Assembly: GCF_006345805.1 (NCBI RefSeq)
Contig: NC_043006.1
Coordinates: 45,446,001-45,510,000 of the forward strand
Direction: 5' to 3'
Source of the DNA: Octopus sinensis
Taxonomy: Eukaryota
Length of the DNA: 64,000 nucleotides
Of the stretch, positions 12,916 to 23,897 are shown piece by piece. Each line of letters opens with the position of its first letter. Within the stretch, counting starts at the first letter, position 1. Position numbers and translations under genes: made by a program. Below the pieces are notes generated by a model. The model searched no databases, was not told where the DNA came from, and saw only the letters and a program-made list of their open reading frames with translations.

Positions 12916-13610
12916 ATATGTCTGTGTGTCTGTGTTTGTCCCCCCAACATCGCTTGACAACCGATGGTGATGTGCTTGCGTCCCTGTAACTTAGCGGTTC
13001 GGCAAAATAGACCGATGGAATAAGTACCAGGCTTACAAAGAATAAGTCATGGGGTCGATTTGCTCGACTAAAGGCGGTGCTCCAGCATGGTCACAGTCAA
13101 AATGACTGAAACAAGTAAAAGAGTAAAAGAGAGTATGGAAAACTCTGGAAGAATTAGTACCTAATTTGGGCACCAAGTATTATACAAGTGCTTGAACTGG
13201 GCGAGATTGCGTTGTACCAAAAGTACCGTTCACCCCGTCTAACGTCAAGACCAGGTACTGTAATAGCTTATGGTTCAAAGGCCCTCATCTCTTCAATGCT
13301 CTGTCAAACGATTTAAGAAATCTACGCAATGTGGATGTGGATGTTTTCAAAAAGGAACTGGACATTCTCCTATCCACGATACCAGACGAACCAACGTCCC
13401 GGCAAGAAGTGCGGATGAGGGCAGCAGTGTCAAACTCCCTCATACACTAAATGGGTCAACAACCATGATAAAAGCGCATGCAAGAGTGGTGTTATGAAAT
13501 CCCACTACCCCAAAGAAATCAGCCAAATAAGAAAGCTGTGGAAAAAGTGCAAAATCACACTGGTGCTCCAGTATGATCGCAGCTGCAAGGCTAAAACGAA
13601 CAACAGAAAT
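11470..13610 (+). mobile_element. 5'-truncated, decayed CR1-clade LINE (RT domain plus 3' UTR)
   Basis: NYRSISL, YGFRPGRSCLTQL, YLDFAKAF, GVPQGTVLG, disrupted YADD, FVLSRLDYCSQL, then KELDILLSTIPDEP...SNSLIH* (stop at 13448-13450). Interrupted by SINE-A at 12687-13132. Confidence 0.9.
12687..13132 (+). mobile_element. SINE-A, full length, inserted in the CR1 LINE
   Basis: A-box-like TGGCTGTGTGG, B-box-like GGTTCAGTCCC, internal (TA)n(TG)n, tail (GAGTAAAA)n. Confidence 0.95.
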
Positions 13611-13847
13611 ATTCACATACGTACACAGAGTAAATGGTGCTATTGAAAGTAACAGGATCAAAGAATGTTGGTGACAGATGATTTCGAAGAATTGCAATAA
13701 AGCACCAAGCAATGGAAGAATGAATTTCACTGGCTGTTTTCCACTGGATATAAATCTCTACTTCATGTTTATATTTAACAATGCGCTAGGTTCCTGTAAC
13801 GAACCTACGAAACTTTGGGACCAAATCAAACGGTTTTAAATAATAAT

Positions 13848-14236
13848 ATAGGAGTGGCTGTGTGGTAAGTAGCTTGCTAACCAACCACATGGTTCCGGGT
13901 TCAGTCCTACTGCGTGGCATCTTGGGCAAGTGTCTTCTGCTATAGCCCCGGGCCGACCAATGCCTTGTGAGTGGATTTGGTAGACGGAAACTGAAAGAAG
14001 CCTGTCGTATATATGTATATATATATAAGTGTGTGTATATGTTTGTCCCCCTAGCATTGCTTGACAACCGATGCTGGTGTGTTTACGTCCCAGTCACCTA
14101 GCGGTTCGGCAAAAGAGACCGATAGAATAAGTACTGGGCTTACAAAGAATAAGTCCCGGGGTCGATTTGCTCGACTAAAGGCGGTGCTCCAGCATGGCCG
14201 CAGTCAAATGACTGAAACAAGTAAAAGAGTAAGAGT
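13848..14236 (+). mobile_element. SINE-A, full length, little diverged
   Basis: Same architecture with CpGs intact. Possibly one of the described octopus tRNA-SINE families (OK/OR1/OR2); not verified. Confidence 0.95.
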
Positions 14237-14280
14237 AATTCCTACTCAATGTGTTGAGGGTCATTTCCTTTTGTCCACTC

Positions 14281-14380
14281 GTATGTATGTATGTATGTAT
14301 GTATGTATGTATGTATGTATGTATGTATGTATGTATGTATGTATGTATGTATGTATGTATGTATGTATGTATGTGTGTGT
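14281..14380. repeat. (GTAT)n microsatellite, ~23 units
   Basis: Directly visible. Confidence 0.97.
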
Positions 14381-14918
14381 GTTTATCTCTTGACTTCCTT
14401 TCTCATGCCAACGATTTTCTGTAAAGCCGTTTTCAATTTGCAAAATTTTTCTTTCACCAAGTTGGCGCTAATACATTATATATTATGTGACAGTGCGAAA
14501 TCGAATGGTGTGTGTGCGCCCGTGTAAATATACACACACTCACACACTTATTTCTACATACATACATGCATGGGTGTATACATGTATGCATGCAGTAAAA
14601 GTTGCGCTTTGCAATGACTTTGGGGACGGAGCCGTTTCGATAACAGTAACCGGATGGAGACAATATTCTGAGCATGTTTGGGATTACAAAATTTGATGAC
14701 ATTATCCGTGATCATAATAAGCGACTCTTACTGTATATTTTACGCGATCAGCGGCGCAAACGAAACTCTGAGCAGAAACTGAAAAATACGCTTAATATTA
14801 CAATAAATATTTACATTGTATTTTTCTAATGAGTCCTTCTCCACTTTTCTTTGGAAACTATATATACATACATACACAATATATATATATATATATAATA
14901 TATATATATATACACATG

Positions 14919-14929
<11 letters not shown>

Positions 14930-14951
<22 letters not shown>

Positions 14952-15075
14952 CGAGAGAGCGAGATAGACAGGCAGATAGATAGATAGATAGAATATAGAT
15001 ATTGGAAAGAGAAAGATAGAGAGAGAGAAAGAGAAATGGATAGATAGATAGATTGAGAGAGAGAGAGAGAAAGAT
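14930..15075 (+). promoter_or_regulatory. Putative promoter region with GA/GATA repeats upstream of a first exon
   Basis: (GA)n and (GATA)n tracts abut a CpG-retaining, non-repetitive segment that ends in a consensus splice donor. Confidence 0.4.
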
Positions 15076-15257
15076 CAAGACGCAGTGCTGCTCCCAGCTG
15101 CTGCTGTTGCACAGCTAACACCACATCAACCGTCCGTCTATCGGCCTGTCTTCTGTCTGTCTGCCTGACTGTCTGCGCGTCCAACCGACCAACCAACCGA
15201 CATGACGGAGAAGCGACCTTAGTGACGTCCTCAACTGCATTGATTGTCAACAGAAAG
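15072..15257 (+). other. Putative non-coding first exon (5' UTR) of a large + strand gene
   Basis: Perfect donor AAG|GTGAGT at 15257/15258, followed by pyrimidine-rich intron-like sequence. No upstream acceptor seen. Contains a uORF MTEKRP* at 15202-15222. The start coordinate is a guess. Confidence 0.6.
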
Positions 15258-18200
15258 GTGAGTACTTTTCTTTTTTTTTTTCTACCCCTCATCCTTCCTC
15301 GTCTTACTCTATTTATCTCTTCTGTGTATTTTACCTCTGTCTATCTATCTTTCTTGGCTGTCTCTGTCTATCTTTCTCTATCGATCTGTTTACCTATATA
15401 TGTAACTATGTATGTATGTAGGTATGCATATATGTATCTATGTACCAATTAAAAAAAAAATCAATCTATTTATCTGTAGATTCTTCCATCTCCCTCGCAG
15501 ACATTCCCTTAGATCTCCCTAACCATCACCATATATTTTTTCCTGTTTCCCCTCTATCTGTTTTTCTATATCTTATTTATTTTCTCTCTATAAGACACCA
15601 ACTGCCCGAAATGGTAAAATTGTTCGGCACATCTATCTATACACCGCTGCAGTATCTTAATGACATTGCTATTATTAAAATAAAATAAAAAATAAAAGAA
15701 ATCATTATTATTATAATTGCAACTTTACAGCACAGACAGATTTACAGCCTGCCAATCATATTGACTATGAAGCTCCTAAAAGACTTACTTTCTTGAGAGA
15801 GACTAAGAACGAGCTAAAGAGGGAGAAAGAGAGAGAGAGAAAGAAAGAAAAAGTTAACAAAACAAAGTGCTCGAAGAACACCAGAAACAAACTGACCGGT
15901 TGGTATTGTTATTGTTGTATTGAAATGATGACAAGGTGGGGACAGTTGGTTTGTTGTTGTTTAATTGGAGTTTTTCTTTCCCCCTCCCCCCTCTTTGATG
16001 TTTTAACGAACACAAATTCCATCGTGGCTGATAGAATCGCAGGAAGAGTAGAGAGACCGAGTGAAATATTCTGTAGAGAAAGAAGACAGGTGTCTGCATG
16101 TATGTATATATTTATCTGTGTATATACATGTATATATATACAGATCTATATCTATATTATTTATGTATGCAGGAATATATATATATTTGTTTGTGTAACT
16201 ATCTACTTGTGTGTATATGCGATTGTGAAATGAGTGCGAGTGGGAAATGACTAATGGTTGCCTCCGTCCCGGGACGATTTTTACCGTTCCATTTCAATCG
16301 TCTTTCATTCTTGTCTGTTATAATATATACTAATACAGTCTCTAATTTTATATAATCTCCTTTATTATACACTTCACGTATTGAACAACTGCTTGCATTT
16401 TATTTATTTATTTGAAAACTTTGGTTCTGGATAATTCAGTACTCATTCCTTCCAACATTTATTTCAAGTTGTGTGTGTGTGTGCGTGTGTGTAAGCAACC
16501 AAAAAAAAAAAAAAAAGTGTTGCTTGTTTTCATATTGTCAACAGCGTGAATATTTGATGTTGGTGTGATGGTGTGGGATAATCTGTTTTATTGATCGTTA
16601 AAGAGACATGTTGTGTTTAAACTTGTAGAAGATGTATACACATGTGTATGTGTGTGTGGGCTGTTTAGAGCGATGTCCGTTCCAAGACGGAACCGAGTTA
16701 TTTTGAATATCTATATAGGATGGTTTTGAAGTTGAAAGTTCTTGTACTTAAACACGGTGCCAATTACTGCTAAACATGTAGTAATGTTCTTTTGGGACCG
16801 AACCCTTTCTGGCTTTGAAACTACAATCGTCCGATGCCGTTAGACGTACCAGAACATCTGCAATCGCACACATACCAACATTTGTATTTACATACACGCT
16901 AACGCATTTGTTTACATAAACACACATGCAGAGATCTATGTTTACACATATATATGTCTATATGCCGAAACAATTCACATACACACACACATCAACACAG
17001 CTAAAACAATAACAATCAGGCAGACTAAACATATAAACACCACACATATATGTATACACACAAGGGATTGATGATCTCTGCTTCACTCGTACCATGAGTG
17101 TGTGTGTGTATGTGTGTAAAGTTTGGTTTCTTATTTATTTCGGTTACCGCAATAATTTCCTGATAAAGTTTGCCATATATGCTGTTATTCCATAAGTATT
17201 TTGGATTATGTTGTCACTATTATAAGTAATGCTTGTACGTAAATTGTTTTACCGTTTTGTTTATTAAACACTGAGACGGAGGGGGGGGGGTACGTTTTCC
17301 CGCTCCTTAGAGACTTGAACCAAACTTTCAAAAATAACACACGTTTTGTGATTCTTCCTGAAAGGAACTCCTGTGTTTAATAATAGTTAAACTATCAAGG
17401 AATAACCAGTTTCGTTCTCACCTTATTTTCTTCCTATTTTTCTTTGATAAAAATCAACAAAAATAAACATCAGTACTAAGCTAAGTAAAAAGAATGCCTA
17501 TAACTTTCGGGTTTTCCAATTCTTCTGAAGACCTTAGTTTTAAAATCACTTTTATTTTAGATTTTCTCAATTGTTGTTACTTATCCTTTTCAATCCTGAA
17601 ATCATTCCACAATTCTATCCCCATTACCCACTAACCATGTTCGCAGTCCCTTTTATAGAAACATTCATAACTTTGGAAGTATAATAGGAATCTTTTAAAG
17701 GTATCTTTATACATATATATGTGTGTGCATATATATCTATCCATCTAAACACGTGTATGTTATATATATATACTTATTCACACATGTCTATCTCCATTGA
17801 GATGTACGTGTGAGTGGCATGTCTGGTAGTATGTCCTGGTTTTTTCCTCTAACTGCCTATCTCCTACTCTGTTGTTTGGCCTAAATTTTGCGGCAAAATG
17901 ACGTTGCCTGGCCGACTTTGCTGTCTTTTCTTTCCTCCTCTCCTTGGCTGGCACTAAACTATTGAGGTGTTGCTTAGCGAGACATCCACCCGGGGTGGTG
18001 GATATCTCCTCTTATTTAATTCAGCATCTCGTCATTCTTCATCCCATTCAAGAACCTACTCAATCTTCCACCATTAACATAGTTTCGTTTTACCCCCCCC
18101 TCTCTTTTTTTTAATTAATTTATCCACATACAAACACACGTATGGTTCTACCTTTATGTATATTTTCATTACGATTTCATGTGTGTGTATATATACGTGT

Positions 18201-18773
18201 GATCGTATATGATATTATACTATATATATATATAAACTATATTACGTTATATAACATTTGTTTCAATCGAAAAATCTGTAGAGAACTTGAGATTACATCA
18301 CACCTGTTCCTGATAAAGTATGCGTGTGGCAGATGGAATCCTGCCACGTCTCTGACATAAAATGTCCCAACTATGCTAGCTCCTTAAGTCACTGCTAAAT
18401 TACCATTTTACGTTACTCTAAGTTATTTATTCTGTATCAGGACACGTAGACATTTACAGAATTTAATGAAATGGAAACATGCTTTAAAGGTGGGAGAGAA
18501 ATTCTCTCTCATTCTAAAGTTAGGTGTTCCTTTTACATAACGAAGATTATTCACCAAAGTACAGTTTGATTGGGATATTTTATACTTTATTTTATTTTTG
18601 AAAATCCTATCATATAATTAAGATTACCAATATAACTGTTCTCTTATTCTGGCTGTTATACTCTTAATTTTAAATGGGTTAAATTTTAAAGGGTTTTTTT
18701 TCTTCAGTAACTTTCATATTTTGTGATAAAATTTTTTTTATCGATTTGTTTGTCTATTTTATTTACTATACAG

Positions 18774-18883
18774 CAGAAAAGACAGGACTATAACAGTAAA
18801 GAACTGGACCAAGTTAGCCGTTCTATGCATAATACACACACAGTCATAGATTGAAAAGTTTTGCTATGGAAGAATGATCACGG
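18774..18883 (+). other. Candidate exon 2 (largely non-coding)
   Basis: ~40-nt T-rich tract, CAGCAG (NAGNAG) acceptor and CGG|GTAAGG donor. All three frames are closed from the acceptor. A late ATG lies at 18874. Confidence 0.45.
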
Positions 18884-19139
18884 GTAAGGTGAATAAGTAG
18901 ATAGGCTCTGAGGTGAGGCTGGAGTGTGTTGGCCTGGTTTTTGTTCTGAAAATGCTTGGATTCACAAGTTATAGATGTAATTTGAAGTGAATATCGACAT
19001 TGTTTATGGTAGGTTAACAGATGCCAACTTGTGTATAGTGATGTGTGTGTGTGTAAAATATATACACACATAGTTGTTGAAGCAAAGAATTAAGAAGTTA
19101 AGACACTAAGCAACTTAAAACCAGATGACATGAGTATTA

Positions 19140-19205
19140 AATAATGTAGTTGGTGATTTCAATAGCTGTATTGGTAAACCTGCTGATATTTTTCTAGCCA
19201 TGTAG
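19140..19205 (+). mobile_element. Possible LINE APE-endonuclease relic
   Basis: VVGDFNSCIGKPADIF resembles the GDFN motif. No other motif confirmed. Confidence 0.3.
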
Positions 19206-20231
19206 TGCTTATGAAGTAAAGTAAGAACAGTTATATGAGCTAGTTATATTTTAACTTAGAAAGAATTCTGGCTGAATTCTATTTTTTTTTTTTTGAGAAA
19301 CAGTGAAGAACAAATAATTATATGTGAGGCTAATTCTAGCTACCCGTTTCCATGTGGAGGTGTATTGTAGGTTATTGCATAAAACCAATTGTGTTATTGT
19401 AGATTAAATTATGTAAATAAATATAGAAAGACAGTTAAAGAGTAGTTGAAAGAAATTGAAGGAGGACAGCTCTTTTGAAGAGCTAAGTTCCAGACTGCAG
19501 AAAAACAAGAGATGAGTTAGTGAACAAAGTATATGGTTGTTGGGTAGTTCATAGAAGACAGCCTACTGTAATAAAAAAGAAAAAAAAATCCTTCAGCAGG
19601 CTGTCTCTTATGAATGGTTGATGTGGGATCCAGAAGGTAACAATCAATATATGAAGCAACGAAGTAGACCTTGTCATAAGAGAAGTTGAGAGGGAAGGTA
19701 GTGTCTGTATATTTTGTGAGACAATAGATGAGGATAAACTGAGAGGGTGGAAGCATGCTAAGGAATGGAGAGTCTTTATTTTGTGAGATGATAGACTAGG
19801 AGGGTGGAAGCATGCTGACACTGTTGAGTTGAAAGAAGCTGAGTTTTGTTCTGGTTGTTTTACCTGCTGGCTAAGAAGGCAAGCTAGTTATTGAAAAGTT
19901 AGCTATACTTGCAAACACACTCACACACAAGAAATCCTTTTGATAAGTTCTTAGATACTGTTTTTCTTTTTTTGGATGTTTTAATTTTTCACTGTCCAAA
20001 TAAGAGGCTGTCTCTAGATTTTTAGGCTTTCCTAGACTCAGGGATTCCATAACTAATACATGTCTGAACTTAGTGCTTGTAGAAAATGTGAGTAGTGTCC
20101 AAGGCTATGATGATATTTTATTTTTACAAGATAAATGTTTTATCGTTTAGCACCATTAAAAGTTAAAAAGGAAAATGTAATGAAGGAGTCGAGTGTCAAG
20201 TTGAATGTAAGGAAATGATCACATGTAGTAA

Positions 20232-20319
<88 letters not shown>

Positions 20320-20325
20320 TCTGTC

Positions 20326-20545
20326 TTTTACTCTTTTACTTGTTTCAGTCATTTGACTGGTCATGCTGGAGCACCGCTTTTAGTCGAGCAAATCGACCCC
20401 AGTACTTATTCTTTGTAAGCCTAGTACTTATTCTATCGGGCTCTTTTTGCCGAACCGCTAAGTTACGGGACGTAAACACACCATCGGTTGTCAAACGATG
20501 TTGGGGACACACACACAGACACACAAACATACACAAACACACACA

Positions 20546-20585
<40 letters not shown>

Positions 20586-20721
20586 CGATGGGCTTCTTTC
20601 AGTTTCTGTCTACCAAATCCACTCAAGGCTTTGGTCGACCCGAGGCTATAGTAGAAGACACTTGCCCAAAGTGCCATGTGGTTGGTAAGCAAGCTACTTA
20701 CCACACACCCACTCCTACGCC
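20326..20721 (-). mobile_element. SINE-A
   Basis: Reverse complement of the family consensus. Confidence 0.92.
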
Positions 20722-20794
<73 letters not shown>

Positions 20795-20847
20795 ATATAT
20801 ATATAATATATATATATACATACATACATACATATATGTCATCAGCC

Positions 20848-21090
20848 TGAAGGCATGTGGCCTAGTGGTTAATGTATTGCACTTACAATTGCTAGATTGT
20901 GGGTTCAGTTCCCTGACTGGGTACCATGTGTTCTTGAGCAAAACACTTCATTTCACATTGCTCCAGTTAAGTGGGGAATGTTGGCCTGCTCACCAAGCCA
21001 GGAGGGTGGTGTCATTGAAAGGCTAAAATGATGCAAATTGCATTGTTACCAGCAATATGTAACAACATCTGATAGTCTGGTCAGTCATGT
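20848..21090 (+). mobile_element. SINE-D (third tRNA-derived family), diverged
   Basis: TGGCCTAGTGG A box, GGTTCAGTTCC B-box-like, then ttcttgagcaaaacacttcatttcac central block. Other copies at ~25755-25965(-), ~38712-39040(-), ~40525-40815(-), ~59438-59690(+). Confidence 0.75.
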
Positions 21091-21692
21091 GATTATGTGG
21101 TCATGTGATATATCCTCTGCAGCATTTAGCTTTCACTTTTTCATGCTTGCATGAGTCAGATGGACTTCATTGAGGCAAATTTTCTGCAGCTGGAGCTCTT
21201 CCTGTCACCAAACCTCATCTGTTTCCAAATAAGGTAATATTATTCCTATGCCCTGTTTCCAAATAAGGTAATATTACTCTTATACCTTGTTTTTCATAGA
21301 AGATTGAAAACAAACATTGCTTGAATGATGATGATGCCCATTTACAACCATGAGGCCAAGACAAGGATATACATGCATATACGATGAACTTCTTTAAGTT
21401 TTCATTTAACAGATCTACTTATAAGGCTTTGGTAGACCTGGGGCTACAGTAGAAGACTTGAAATGTTAGGCTTAGATGAAAAGAGTACATATTTTTGTTT
21501 ATGAAATTTACTTATTAACATGTACTCTGTTAAAAAAATGTAACATAAAAGATATAGGCACTGGAGGACTGTGTGGTAAGAAGCTTGCTTCCCAACCACA
21601 TGGTTCTGGGTTCAGTCCCACTGCATGGCACATTGGGCAAGCCTTGTGAGTGGATTTGGTTGACAGAAACTGAAAGAAGCCCATCATATATA

Positions 21693-21790
21693 TCTATTAT
21701 ATAAAATCCGTTCTGTCTGTCTGTGTGTGTGTCTTCTAGGATCTCGGGCATCCTCCATCCGATTGTGCTCAAATTTGATATGTAGATACC
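21693..21790 (+). mobile_element. Helitron 5' end fragment
   Basis: A|TCTATTATATAAAATCCG...(TGTC)n...aaatttgatatg is typical of non-autonomous Helitron 5' ends. No CTAG 3' end seen. Confidence 0.55.
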
Positions 21791-22304
21791 GAGTCTGTTG
21801 CCCTAACTACTGGGTCTTGAAATAAATACATCTAAATCAAAACTTTTTCATGGACCCCAGTTTACTATTTTGTTTGTGTGAACCCTGCAAAATCTTAAGT
21901 AGACCCCTGGGGGTCATATAGACAAAGGGCATATTTTCTGGTTGTGCTAGGTGTGCACTGCAAACCCAACCTTGCTCATTAATTTAATGACAAATCTTAA
22001 TGGAAAACTTTTGTTATACTCCCCCTTGAAATTTGGGGGCATTGGGTGTGACAGCACATCCAATATAACTACCATATATCACTACTGTGGTCATACGTTA
22101 CCTGGTTGAGAAACATTGCAATAAACAATGCATTCCATGTTACCTGTGAAGTGTATTAGGTATAAAATCGGCAAAGTTTTCACAAAAAATGGACTTAGTG
22201 CAAGAAGTCTTTCTCCACCTTTGCTTGGGAAAGCATCTGGGATGAAAGGTTATCTGTTGGTGAATGTTAGAGATACAACTTGAAGTGACACGTTTTAAAA
22301 CTGT

Positions 22305-22535
22305 ATTTTTTACTTGTTTCAGTCATTAGACCATGGCCAGCTGGGGCACTGCCTTGAAGAATTTTTAGTTAAATGAATTGACCCCAGAACTTTATTTTTA
22401 TGCCTGGTACTTATCCTATTGGTGTCTTTTGCTGAACTGCTAAGTTACAGGGACATAAACACATCGACACCAGTTGTCAAGCAGTGGTGGGGGACAAACA
22501 TAGCTACAAAGACAGACAGACAGACAGACAGACAG

Positions 22536-22566
<31 letters not shown>

Positions 22567-22700
22567 TATGATGGGCTTCTTTCAGTTTCCATCTACCAAA
22601 TTCATCCACAAGGCTTTGGTCAGCCTAAGGCTATAGTAGAAGGCACTTGCCCAACATTTCTCACAGTGGGACTTAACCTGGAACCGTGTAGTTGGGAGTA
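22305..22700 (-). mobile_element. SINE-A, CpG-decayed
   Basis: Family match with CpG to TpG/CpA changes. Confidence 0.85.
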
Positions 22701-23398
22701 GGGTTTTTGAATGAATAGTCAGTGGAAAGTTTGAAATGTTAAAAGAGAGAGAGAGAATGGTGCAGCTTCATTCAGATTATATTTCCATGAAGAGTGAACA
22801 TCATTATTATTATGATCATTTAACCCTTTTATTACCATATTTCTGTTGAGATGGTCTGTGTTTCTTCTACTTAATTTTTAAATATAACAAAGAATTTAGT
22901 AAAATAACTTAGTTATCATTAAGCTAGTGTTAGGAACATTAAGATTTGGAGGAAGATTTTAATTAAGAACTTTTGAAAACGAGACATTTGTACTACTGAG
23001 CCAGAGGCGGTTTCAGCCGGATTGGTATCGAAAGGGTTAAAGCATCAGCTGGCAGAACCGTTTGTGCACCGGACAAAATCTTAGCAGCATTTTGGCTGTT
23101 CTTATGTCCTGAGTTCAAATTCTGCTGAGGTCGACTTTGCTTTTCATCCTTTCGGGGTTGATAAATTAAGTACCAGTGAGATACTGGGGTTGATGTGGTC
23201 TACTAGTCCCCCCCCCAATTTCTGGCCTTGTGCCTTTAGTAGAAAGGATTATTATGATTGTTTTAGCTTCCTCTTTTCCGTCCAGCTGGGGGGAACACAT
23301 ACGCCACAGAAACCAGGCCCATGAGCCTGGTTAGGCTTGAAAAGGGCGCATAAATAATAATAATATATATATATATATATCTCAAGAAGAGATGAGCG

Positions 23399-23852
23399 AT
23401 GGTCAGAGTCTGCTCCAGCTAGCAATATATTGTAAACCAGCTGGCGGAAGATCTGCTTGGGGTTAAACTAGTAGTAATATGGAACAGCCACTTTGTGGCA
23501 ATTAACTTTACTTGTTAGTATAGTTACTACTCTCATCTCGAGATTTTACAACTAGCTACTTTGTTTGTTGCGAATAAGTGACTGATGGTTGCTTTGTTTA
23601 CAATATATTGCTAGCCGGAGTGGACTCTGGCCATTTCTCTGGTGACCAGGTGTTTGTGTCTGAAGATGAGCAAACTAGCTCGAAACTGAGTCAGTCTCAT
23701 GATCCTGTCATCTGCTGGGGGATGGCAGGGGTTTGTTCCCCTATTGGCAATGTATATGTACTGGGTACAGTGCTGCACCGATGAGCTGGTGGAAGATTTG
23801 CCTGGGGTTAAACGAGTAGTAACACAGGACAGCCACTTTGATGTGAGGAGTA

Positions 23853-23858
<6 letters not shown>
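23399..23858 (+). mobile_element. Penelope-like/retrozyme-like element with a hammerhead core
   Basis: ~70-bp direct repeat at a 345-bp period, ~35-bp inverted repeat, and core CTGAAGA-T-GAGC(AAACTA)GCTC-GAAAC-TGA-GTC at 23660-23692. Flanked by (TA)n. Confidence 0.65.

Positions 23859-23897
<39 letters not shown>

Noticed and set aside
13848-13935. tRNA-like heads of the SINEs as tRNA genes
   Set aside because: They have A/B boxes but no complete cloverleaf or acceptor stem, and continue into SINE bodies.
20345-20941. 198-aa and other YI/CV/TH-rich ORFs overlapping SINE-A copies
   Set aside because: Recurrent translations of the same SINE plus its microsatellite, not a gene family.
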